This document shows, piece by piece, positions 7,640 to 15,765 of a DNA stretch of 64,000 bases. The stretch's first letter is position 1. Every line of letters begins with the position of its first letter. This DNA is from a bacterium (GTDB taxonomy: Bacteria; Patescibacteriota; Minisyncoccia; Minisyncoccales; CG1-02-41-26). The translations under genes were made by a program, and so were the position numbers. Under the pieces are notes generated by a model. It was not told the origin of the DNA. It searched no databases and worked only from the letters and a program-made list of their open reading frames with translations. The stretch spans positions 132,251 through 196,250 of the forward strand of contig JAUWWY010000001.1 of NCBI GenBank assembly GCA_030616605.1, given 5' to 3'.

Positions 7640-10138
7640 ATGTTTAATCTCAAAACTACTTCAATTTATCAGGCAAATAAATTAGAAAGAAATCCTTTTT
7701 TCAGATTTAGAAAACTTTTTAAAATTCTATTCTTTAGTTTAGCTATTATTTCTCTTTTATTTGCTTCACTTGGAGCAGCAATTTTATTTTTAAGTTTGGC
7801 TCTTCTATTTTTTGAGTTTTCTCTTTTCTTTAATTCAAAAATTAAAAACCCTTCTCTTAAATATTCAATTTCTGAAGCCTTATTAAGACCGGAAGATTTT
7901 AATTTTGCTTCTTTTTTAGATTTTGAAACAGCAAAAATCTGCCAAAAAACTCTTAAGAAAGCTAAAAAAAGAAATTTTAGAGAACCAGCTAAGGAACTTT
8001 TACTTTTTCATCTTTTGAATCCAAAAATTAAAGAAGTAAATTTTATATTCGGCAGAGCCGGTTTAAGTTTCAAAGGTATTAGACAAGATTTAGAAAAAGA
8101 GCTTTTGAAAATTGACAAAGAATGGACTCCCCATTTTGATAAGATGATTTTAAGAGCAGCAAATATCGCAAGAAATCGTCAAAAATCAAAAATTGGTTTA
8201 TTGGATGTTTTAATAAGTTTTGCTGATTCTGATCCATTTTTTCAAAAGTTTTTAAATCTAAATAATTTAAGAAAAGAAGACATTGAGAATTTAGCTGATT
8301 GGTATCAAAGAATAGAAGAAAGAGTTTCAGAATCTAAAAAGTTTTGGAGATATGAAAACTTGCTTAAAAAAGGTTCAATTGCTAAAGATTGGTCAGCTGG
8401 TTATTCCATAACTTTAGATAAATACTCTTTTGATTTAAAAAGAAGATTAAGAAAAAGCGGCTTTCGAGAAATTGTTGGCCATCAAAAAGAAATTAAACGA
8501 GTTGAAAGAATTTTAGAAAAAAAGGGTATTAACAATATTTTACTGGTTGGTGAACCAGGAACTGGAAGAAAAAGTATTGTTGAAGCTCTGGCTCAAAGAG
8601 CATTTTTGGGCAAAAGTTCTCAGTCAATAAATTACAAAAGAATTATAAATTTTGACCTTGTCCAATTGGTAGCTGAAGTTCCTTCTTTGGAAAAATTAGA
8701 AATTATTTTAGATGAATGTTTTTCCCAAGTAGTTCAAGCTGGCAATATTATTTTAGTTATTGAAGAAATCCAGAACTTCTTTTCTGATATTCCCAAACCG
8801 GGAACAGTGGATATTTCTGGAATTTTAGCTCGCTATTTACCTCTATCTTCTTTTCAACTTATCGCCATAACCACTTATAGAGGTCTTCACACTATAATTG
8901 AAAAAAGACCTTCTCTTTTGAGTCTTTTTGAAAAAGTTGAGGTCTCGGAAATTTCAGAAAAGGAAACTTTAAGATTTTTAGAAAATTTCGTTCCATTTTT
9001 TGAAAAAAGATACAAAAAGTTTATAAACTATAAAGCTTTAAGAGAAATTTTAAGATTAAGCTCTAAGTATCTCCAAGATAATCCTTTTCCTCAAAAAGCC
9101 CTTCAGCTTTTAGACGAAAGTATGAGTTGGCTGGCAATTGAGGGTAAAGAATCTGTTTTAAAACCAGAACACATAAAGAGAGTTGTTTCTGAAAAAACAG
9201 AAATACCCCTTGAAACCTTTGGAGTAAAAGAAAAGCAGCTTTTACTGAATTTAGAGGAATTAATCCACCAAAGGATTATTAATCAAGAAGAAGCGGTCAG
9301 GGAAGTAAGCGCCAGTTTAAGAAGAGCCAGAGCTGAGATTCAGACCAGGTCGGGACCAATGGGTTCCTTTCTCTTTTTAGGACCAACTGGCGTAGGGAAA
9401 ACCGAAACTTCAAAAGCTTTATCGGCTGTCTACTTTGGTTCTGAAAAAAGAATGATAAGATTGGATATGTCTGAATTCCAGGAGATTAGTGACATTAAAA
9501 GATTGGTGGGTGAGGAAGGAAAAGAAGGACTCCTGACAACACCTGTTCGAGAAAATCCCTTTTCTTTAGTTTTACTGGATGAAATAGAAAAGGCTCACTC
9601 CAAAATTCTGAATTTATTTCTACAGGTTTTAGATGAAGGATGGGTTACTGATGGTTTTGGAAGAAAAATTGACTTCAAAAATACTGTTATTATCGCCACA
9701 AGCAATGCCGGAGCTGAAATTATAAGAGAAGATATTAAAAGAAATAAGAAGTTAGATATCATAAAAGAAGACCTTTTGGATTACATTTTTAAGAAAGCAA
9801 TTTTCCGCCCAGAATTTATTAATCGATTTGATGCGGTAGTTGTTTTTAAACCCTTAACAAAAGAAAATCTTTTGGCAATTTCCCAGCTTATGTTTAAAAA
9901 ATTAAGTGATAATCTCAGAGATAAAGGAATAGATTTTGAAATAACAAACGAGTTGAAAGAGAAAATTGTTGAATTGAGCTATTCACCTCAATTTGGGGCA
10001 AGAGAGATGAGAAGAGTTATTCAAAATAAAGTTGAAAATCTTTTGGCTCAAGGACTTTTAAGTGCTAAAATAAAAAGAGGAGATAAAGTAAAAATAAAAG
10101 TCGAAAGAGAGGAAGAATTTCGTTTAATTGTTGAATAA
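7640..10138 (+). CDS. membrane-anchored two-ring Clp/Hsp100-type AAA+ ATPase
   Basis: D2 has GPTGVGKTE and LLDEIEKAH. D1 has GEPGTGRKS and VIEEIQN. The C-terminal GAREMRR region is present. An N-terminal TM hairpin precedes Clp_N-like repeats. Confidence 0.8.
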   Translation: MFNLKTTSIYQANKLERNPFFRFRKLFKILFFSLAIISLLFASLGAAILFLSLALLFFEFSLFFNSKIKNPSLKYSISEALLRPEDFNFASFLDFETAKICQKTLKKAKKRNFREPAKELLLFHLLNPKIKEVNFIFGRAGLSFKGIRQDLEKELLKIDKEWTPHFDKMILRAANIARNRQKSKIGLLDVLISFADSDPFFQKFLNLNNLRKEDIENLADWYQRIEERVSESKKFWRYENLLKKGSIAKDWSAGYSITLDKYSFDLKRRLRKSGFREIVGHQKEIKRVERILEKKGINNILLVGEPGTGRKSIVEALAQRAFLGKSSQSINYKRIINFDLVQLVAEVPSLEKLEIILDECFSQVVQAGNIILVIEEIQNFFSDIPKPGTVDISGILARYLPLSSFQLIAITTYRGLHTIIEKRPSLLSLFEKVEVSEISEKETLRFLENFVPFFEKRYKKFINYKALREILRLSSKYLQDNPFPQKALQLLDESMSWLAIEGKESVLKPEHIKRVVSEKTEIPLETFGVKEKQLLLNLEELIHQRIINQEEAVREVSASLRRARAEIQTRSGPMGSFLFLGPTGVGKTETSKALSAVYFGSEKRMIRLDMSEFQEISDIKRLVGEEGKEGLLTTPVRENPFSLVLLDEIEKAHSKILNLFLQVLDEGWVTDGFGRKIDFKNTVIIATSNAGAEIIREDIKRNKKLDIIKEDLLDYIFKKAIFRPEFINRFDAVVVFKPLTKENLLAISQLMFKKLSDNLRDKGIDFEITNELKEKIVELSYSPQFGAREMRRVIQNKVENLLAQGLLSAKIKRGDKVKIKVEREEEFRLIVE

Positions 10139-10142
10139 ATAA

Positions 10143-11132
10143 ATGATTATATTAAGAACCAAGCTTTTAATTCCGGCTTTAATAGTTATTTTAGTTTTGG
10201 GAACAATTTCTACTTTACTGGTGACAAAAACCTGGGACCCAACATGGAATCCTTTCAAAAGATTTCCTTCCCGAATTGTTGAAAATGCGATTGTTAAATT
10301 AACAGAAGCTGAAAGTTTTAAATTTGAAGGAGAGATTGGAGGAGAATTTCAAACCAGTGCTATTCTCAAAACTGTTACTATTTCCCTTTCTTTTTCTGGA
10401 CTTTTTGATAAATCAGATAAAGATAGTTTAAAAAGTTCTAGTGGTTTGGATTTGAGCGTCGGTATGGAAGGATTAATAATTCAAGTGAAGGCCGAAATAA
10501 TAACTTCAGCTAAAGATATCTATTTGAAAATTACCCAACTACCAGCCCTACCTTTTTTGACTGAAGAGTTTTTGGGGATTAAAAATCAATGGCTCAAAAT
10601 TGATGCAGAGAAATTGAAAGAATTGACAGAAACAGAGGAACAATTATTAGACGAGGAAGAGTTTATTCAAGATATAAAAAATCTTTTAGCAGATAAAGAA
10701 ATTTTTAAAATGCAAAAGAATTTTGGTGAGGAAGAATTAGAAGGAGTAAAAGTAGAACATTATTTGGCTGGTTTTAAAAAAGAAACTTTGAAAGTTTTAA
10801 TTCCTGAATTTTTCCAATTAATGAAAAAATATATTCCTGAAAAAGAAAGAGCAAATTATGAAAAAGACCTTGAAGAATTTTCAAATAATTTCTCTGAAAA
10901 TTTTAATGAAATTTGGCGAGCAATAACCCCGCTAGAATTTAATTTTTGGATTGAAAAAAGAGATTTATGGTTAAGGAAAATAGAATTTGAAAAAGAAATG
11001 ATTTATAATTTTCCTGAAACAGAAGAAGAGACAAAAGTTAAATTAGAAATTGATTTAAATTTTTCTGACTTCAACAAAAAGTTTGAAATTGAAATTCCAG
11101 AAAATTACATGTTAATAGAAGAAGCTTTATAG
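10143..11132 (+). CDS. hypothetical exported or membrane-anchored protein
   Basis: N-terminal TM LLIPALIVILVLGTISTLLV. The remainder is acidic and helical. Confidence 0.45.
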   Translation: MIILRTKLLIPALIVILVLGTISTLLVTKTWDPTWNPFKRFPSRIVENAIVKLTEAESFKFEGEIGGEFQTSAILKTVTISLSFSGLFDKSDKDSLKSSSGLDLSVGMEGLIIQVKAEIITSAKDIYLKITQLPALPFLTEEFLGIKNQWLKIDAEKLKELTETEEQLLDEEEFIQDIKNLLADKEIFKMQKNFGEEELEGVKVEHYLAGFKKETLKVLIPEFFQLMKKYIPEKERANYEKDLEEFSNNFSENFNEIWRAITPLEFNFWIEKRDLWLRKIEFEKEMIYNFPETEEETKVKLEIDLNFSDFNKKFEIEIPENYMLIEEAL

Positions 11133-11155
11133 CATCAAAAGATTATTAGAGAATT

Positions 11156-11186
11156 AAAAATCCCGAGAATAATCCTCGGGATTTTT
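11156..11186 (+). terminator. rho-independent terminator
   Basis: AAAAATCCCGAG-aataat-CTCGGGATTTTT. Confidence 0.7.
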
Positions 11187-11210
11187 AATAAAGTTTTAAA
11201 CAAACTTCTC

Positions 11211-11392
11211 AATTGTGGATAATCTGTGGAAAACTTCTCTTAAAAACTGAGTTTTTTGTTGTTTTTTCAGTATTTTTAATAAAAATAACAAAAGATAAGA
11301 AATGGTTGACATTGAAGCTAAAATGGGATAAAAAGGAAACATATGGAAGATTGTGGATAAAAGTGGGGATAACTAAGGAATACTGTGGAAAA
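11211..11392 (+). promoter_or_regulatory. mraZ promoter region with GTGG-repeat boxes (MraZ operator or DnaA-box-like)
   Basis: TGTGGATAA occurs twice (11214, 11352) and TGTGGAAAA twice (11225, 11384), with GTGGGGATAA at 11363. GTGG cores start at 11343(ATGG)/11353/11363/11385 and 11215/11226. TTGACA at 11306. Confidence 0.55.
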
Positions 11393-11397
11393 CTATT

Positions 11398-11829
11398 ATG
11401 TTTTTAGGAGAATATACCTACACAATAGACACTAAAAAAAGATTATCTATCCCAACTAAATTTAGGGGGATTTTAGGCAAAAAGGCAATTATTACCAGGG
11501 GCTTGGATAATTGTCTTTTTTTATATCCTTCTAAAGAATGGGGAAAGCTTGCTAAAAAACTTTCTCAACTTCCTTTATCTCAAGCTGATGCCCGGGGTTT
11601 TGTCAGAATTATGTTAGCTGGAGCAATGGAAGTCAATTTAGACCAATTTGGAAGAATTCTAATTCCTGATTATTTAAAAAAATATGCTTCTTTAAAAAGA
11701 AAGACAGTGGTTGCAGGTTTATATAATCGAATTGAAATCTGGGATGAGCAAAAATGGAACCTTTACAAACAGAAAATTGAGAAAGGAGCAGGGGATATCG
11801 CAGAGAGGTTAAAAGAACTGGGAATATAA
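11398..11829 (+). CDS. mraZ: transcriptional regulator MraZ
   Basis: FLGEYTYTIDTKKRLSIP and a second SpoVT/AbrB-like repeat GRILIPDYL. Confidence 0.9.
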   Translation: MFLGEYTYTIDTKKRLSIPTKFRGILGKKAIITRGLDNCLFLYPSKEWGKLAKKLSQLPLSQADARGFVRIMLAGAMEVNLDQFGRILIPDYLKKYASLKRKTVVAGLYNRIEIWDEQKWNLYKQKIEKGAGDIAERLKELGI

Positions 11830-11842
11830 ATAGGTAGAATCT

Positions 11843-12736
11843 ATGCACATTCCTGTTTTACAAAAAGAAGTTATCAATTATCTTGCTCCTCAGTCCAACC
11901 AGAACTTTGTAGATACAACTTTTGGACAAGGAGGTCATAGCTTAGCTATCTTAGAAAAAAACAAACCAGACGGAAAAGTATTAGGGATTGAGTTTGATCC
12001 AAAACTCTACGAAAAATTCACAATTTATAATTTTCAATTTTCAAGCAATTTTCAATTTTCAAACAGATTAATTTTAAAGAATGATTCTTATGTGAATCTT
12101 AAAAAGATTGTTCAGGAATATAATTTTAGGCCAATTAGCGGAATCTTGTTTGACTTGGGAATATCAAGCTGGCATTTAGAGAAATCAGAAAGAGGCTTCT
12201 CCTTTCGGAAAAAAGATGAAATCTTAGATATGCGTTACAATCCTGAAAAAACCTCTTTGACTGCCCAAGATATTTTGAACCAATGGAATAAAAAAGAAAT
12301 TGAAAAAATATTAAGGGAATATGGAGAAGAAAAATTTGCCAAAAGAATTGCTGAAAATATTATTGAACTAAGAATAAGAAAGCCGATTAAAACCACTTCT
12401 GATCTTGTAAGAATTATTGATAAAGTCGTTCCGGCTTCCCATCTTCGCTCTGTCACCAGAACCTTTCAAGCATTAAGAATTGCTGTCAATAACGAATTAA
12501 ATAATTTAAAGATAAGCCTGCCTCAGTCATTAGAGATATTAAATCATGGCGGAAGAATAGTAGTTATTTCTTTCCATTCTTTAGAAGATAGAATAGTAAA
12601 AAATTTCTTCAAAGAAAATAAAAAAAGAGGTTATTTGAAAATCTTAACAAAAAAACCAATTACTCCCACAAAAAAAGAGCTTCAAAGAAACCCTAAAGCA
12701 AGGTCGGCAAAACTAAGAGCAGCAGTAAAAATCTAA
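11843..12736 (+). CDS. rsmH: 16S rRNA (cytosine1402-N4)-methyltransferase RsmH
   Basis: HIPVL, DTTFGQGGHS, DLGISSWHL, SFHSLEDR and ARSAKLRA. Confidence 0.9.
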   Translation: MHIPVLQKEVINYLAPQSNQNFVDTTFGQGGHSLAILEKNKPDGKVLGIEFDPKLYEKFTIYNFQFSSNFQFSNRLILKNDSYVNLKKIVQEYNFRPISGILFDLGISSWHLEKSERGFSFRKKDEILDMRYNPEKTSLTAQDILNQWNKKEIEKILREYGEEKFAKRIAENIIELRIRKPIKTTSDLVRIIDKVVPASHLRSVTRTFQALRIAVNNELNNLKISLPQSLEILNHGGRIVVISFHSLEDRIVKNFFKENKKRGYLKILTKKPITPTKKELQRNPKARSAKLRAAVKI

Positions 12737-12741
12737 AAAAT

Positions 12742-13056
12742 ATGACATCACAAAGATTATTTTTAACTTCCCCTTATCTTATCTTGGTTATAATTTCCTT
12801 TTTAGCTTTGGCTTCTTTAGTTTTTTATCTCTTTCAGGTTGAAAAATTAACTAAAGGAAGTTATTTGGTAAAAATTTATCAAAACGAACTCAAAACCCTT
12901 CAAGAAGAAACCCTTGTTCTTGAAAAGAACGAAACAGAACTCTTTTCTTTGGAGAATATTGAAGATAAAATAAACCAGCTTAGTTTTGTTAATGTTTCTG
13001 AAGTTAAGTATATTTCTATTTCTTACGATTACTTAGTAAGAGGTTCTGGCCAATAG
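12742..13056 (+). CDS. FtsL-like small bitopic division protein (assigned by position)
   Basis: One TM segment plus a coiled coil, located between rsmH and the PBP gene. Confidence 0.45.
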   Translation: MTSQRLFLTSPYLILVIISFLALASLVFYLFQVEKLTKGSYLVKIYQNELKTLQEETLVLEKNETELFSLENIEDKINQLSFVNVSEVKYISISYDYLVRGSGQ

Positions 13057-13060
13057 GCAC

Positions 13061-14743
13061 ATGAAAAATCTGAAAGTTAAATTTATCTTTTTTCTTTTTT
13101 GTTGTTTTGCTTTTTTAATTATTTTTAAATTATATAATCTCCAGATAAAAAATGGAGATTATTTTGAAGCCCTGGCTTTAGGCCAACAAATTGATTTTCC
13201 AGAAATAAGCGGCGAGAGAGGGGAGATTTTTTTTAATAAAGGGGAAGTTCCCTTAGCTCAAACCGAAGAGAAAAACATAGCCTATATTTTTCCTGGAAAA
13301 ATCCCAGAACAAGATTTAGAAAAGACCTTAGAAATCCTATCAGATATTTTAGCTGAGAAAAAGGAAAACCTTGTTTCTCTTTTTGAGAAAGAAAAAGTTT
13401 TTAAAAGAGAATTATCAAAAGAAAATTATCAAAAAATAGAATCCCTTCATCTTAACGGGGTTTCTTTAGACAAGATTTGGGTCAGAAACTATCCTCAAAA
13501 AAACTTAGCTTCTCATGTTCTTGGTTTTTTGAACCAAGAAGGAAAAGGTCAATATGGGATTGAGGGTTATTATGATGAAATTTTGAAAGGAACTGAGGGT
13601 TTTAGAGAAAAAGGGAGATCACCGCTTGGTTATTTAATTTTTGGCGACAGTTCCCCAAAAGAATCTTCTTTTAAAGGAGCAGATATTTTTTTAACATTAG
13701 ATTACAATATCCAGTATCTTTCTGAAAAATTATTACTCAAAGCTAAAGAAAATTGGGATATTGATTCAGGTCAGATTATAGCTTTAGAGCCTTCAACTGG
13801 TGAAATTTTAGCCTTAGCTGTTTTTCCCGGATTTGATCCAAATCATTACTCAAAAGAGAAATCACTTGAGATATTTCTTAACTCCTCTTTTCAAAAACTT
13901 TTTGAACCAGGTTCTGTTTTCAAACCAATAACTTTTGCCTCGGCTTTAGAAGAAAATTTAATAAGCCCGGAAACTACTTATGAAGATGAGGGCCTTGTTG
14001 AACTTGGAGGACCGCCAATTTATAATTTTGAAAAAAGAGTTTGGAATACTCAAACTATGACTGATGTTTTAGAGGAATCAATTAACACCGGAGCTGTATT
14101 TGTTCAGCAGGAGCTTGGCAGAAATCTTTTTTTAAACTATTTGGAAAAGTTTGGCCTTTTTGAAAAAACAGAAATTGATTTACAGGCAGAAGAGTTTTCT
14201 TTAAATAAAACTTTAAAATCAGGCTATCCTCGGGATATAGCCACAGCCAGTTTTGGCCAGGGAATTGAATTGACACCTTTTCAATTAGTCAGGGCTTTTG
14301 GAGCAATAGCCAATGGAGGCAATTTAATGAAACCCCATATTGTTAAAAAAATTGTCAAAACAAACAATCAAGTTATTGAAACTGAACCAGAGATTCAAAG
14401 AAAAGTGATTTCCGAAGCAACTTCAGCAGAACTTATCTCAATGCTTGTCAGTGTTGTAGAAAACGGTTCTGGCAGGCGGGCAAAAATCAATGGTTACGAT
14501 ATTGCTGGAAAAACAGGAACTGCTCAAGTTCCTCAAAAAGAAAAAAGTGGTTATTCAGAAACAGAAAGCATTCAAAGTTTTGTTGGTTTTCTGCCAGCTT
14601 CTGAACCAGAAATTTTAATTTTTTTAAAATTAGATAATCCCAAAGGAGTAAAAACAGCTGCTTATTCTGCTGTTCCTTTATTTCGAGAACTGGCAAAATA
14701 TATCATTGATTACTGGCAAATCTCCCCAAATATGATAGAGTAA
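13061..14743 (+). CDS. ftsI: class B penicillin-binding protein (FtsI/PBP2-type transpeptidase)
   Basis: SVFK (SxxK), SINTG (SxN) and KTGTAQ motifs with an N-terminal TM segment. Confidence 0.85.
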   Translation: MKNLKVKFIFFLFCCFAFLIIFKLYNLQIKNGDYFEALALGQQIDFPEISGERGEIFFNKGEVPLAQTEEKNIAYIFPGKIPEQDLEKTLEILSDILAEKKENLVSLFEKEKVFKRELSKENYQKIESLHLNGVSLDKIWVRNYPQKNLASHVLGFLNQEGKGQYGIEGYYDEILKGTEGFREKGRSPLGYLIFGDSSPKESSFKGADIFLTLDYNIQYLSEKLLLKAKENWDIDSGQIIALEPSTGEILALAVFPGFDPNHYSKEKSLEIFLNSSFQKLFEPGSVFKPITFASALEENLISPETTYEDEGLVELGGPPIYNFEKRVWNTQTMTDVLEESINTGAVFVQQELGRNLFLNYLEKFGLFEKTEIDLQAEEFSLNKTLKSGYPRDIATASFGQGIELTPFQLVRAFGAIANGGNLMKPHIVKKIVKTNNQVIETEPEIQRKVISEATSAELISMLVSVVENGSGRRAKINGYDIAGKTGTAQVPQKEKSGYSETESIQSFVGFLPASEPEILIFLKLDNPKGVKTAAYSAVPLFRELAKYIIDYWQISPNMIE

Positions 14744-14752
14744 AAAATATTA

Positions 14753-14825
14753 GGCCTCGTCATCTAGTGGTTTAGGATACATGGTTCTCAACCATGTCAC
14801 ATGGGTTCAAATCCCATCGAGGCCG
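14753..14825 (+). tRNA. tRNA-Glu (anticodon CTC)
   Basis: Acceptor GGCCTCG/CGAGGCC, anticodon loop TTCTCAA, T arm ATGGG-TTCAAAT-CCCAT, 73 nt. Confidence 0.9.
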
Positions 14826-14858
14826 CAATCTTTCTTTCAGTCTTCATTTCATAGAAAA

Positions 14859-14883
14859 AGCCCTGTACATTTTGTACAGGGCT
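14859..14883. terminator. bidirectional terminator hairpin
   Basis: AGCCCTGTACA-ttt-TGTACAGGGCT. The T-run is better on the minus strand (CTTTTTCTAT). Confidence 0.65.
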
Positions 14884-14899
14884 TTGTTGGGAAGGAAAA

Positions 14900-15637
14900 T
14901 CAAGAGGAACGTTCAGGTACCACTTTGAGAAGCAGCTTCGAGACGAGCTCGAAGTTGGCTACGCCGAATACTCCTCCGAATAGAGCTCCAATGAGCGCAT
15001 TCCCGACAAGGTATCCCACTAGCGCGCCAATGGCAGCATCCACGCCGCAGAGTAGTCGTTCATCTGAGTGAATCAGCTTGACCACCTGCCAGATGAAGCA
15101 AGAAAGCAGTACAATGCCAGCAGGGATATGGAGGACAGTCCACCAGACGCCTTTTAACGTGAGTTTCGGTAGATACCAGAAGTATACGAAGAGAGCATTA
15201 TGTCGTGCCAACTTACGCTGCTCTTGAACTTTTGACTGGTATTTTTCCCTGCCGCAACCACAAAGTACTGACCGTGCCATCAACAGGCCTGCAAGTGGGG
15301 TTAGTAGAAGATAAGCAACTGCGACACCAATCTCAGAAATGAGCAAGAAAAGCATTGCAAAGGGCACAGTTATCACACTGAAGAAGATTGTTGAATAGAT
15401 ACTCGCTTTTCCGAGTGCTTTCCAGTACTCAAAATCTGGTCGCCATGAGGTTACTGTTCTCCAGGCTTCGGGAATCGCCCTGAGCACCTCCTTAAACTCG
15501 TAGGTAAAGTAGCCGACGAGGCCACCGACAAAGAGGCCAACCCACCAGAAGTAGTGGTTGAGCTGGAGCGCTACCAGACTGCCGATGAACGCACCAAGCG
15601 CACAGGCAACAAACACCTTCTGTAACTGCTTTTTCAT
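14900..15637 (-). CDS. GC-rich multi-pass membrane protein of unknown function
   Basis: 245 aa with about 6 hydrophobic segments. Strong SD (AAAGGAG, 7 nt before the ATG). Composition is far above its neighbours. Confidence 0.6.
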   Translation of the reverse strand: MKKQLQKVFVACALGAFIGSLVALQLNHYFWWVGLFVGGLVGYFTYEFKEVLRAIPEAWRTVTSWRPDFEYWKALGKASIYSTIFFSVITVPFAMLFLLISEIGVAVAYLLLTPLAGLLMARSVLCGCGREKYQSKVQEQRKLARHNALFVYFWYLPKLTLKGVWWTVLHIPAGIVLLSCFIWQVVKLIHSDERLLCGVDAAIGALVGYLVGNALIGALFGGVFGVANFELVSKLLLKVVPERSS

Positions 15638-15765
15638 GATTTACTCCTTTTTGTTGATTGTAGTTGATTGTAAAAGAACTTATATTATATTTAAGCATAT
15701 AATATCTAAAATGTCAATATCTAGACTATTTGAGCTTTCACAAATTTTTATTATAATAGGATAAG

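Noticed and set aside
11213-11407. 64-aa ORF upstream of mraZ
   Set aside because: It lies entirely in the promoter and operator region, and its sequence is driven by the GTGG repeat boxes. There is no coding signal.
12029-12062. AATTTTCAATTTTCAA occurring twice inside rsmH
   Set aside because: It is an in-frame 18-nt slippage-type duplication (NFQFSS/NFQFSN) in a variable loop of the methyltransferase. There is no evidence of a separate function.
14781-15071. 96-aa plus-strand ORF starting inside tRNA-Glu
   Set aside because: It overlaps the tRNA and a terminator, and it is antisense to the much longer GC-rich membrane-protein gene.
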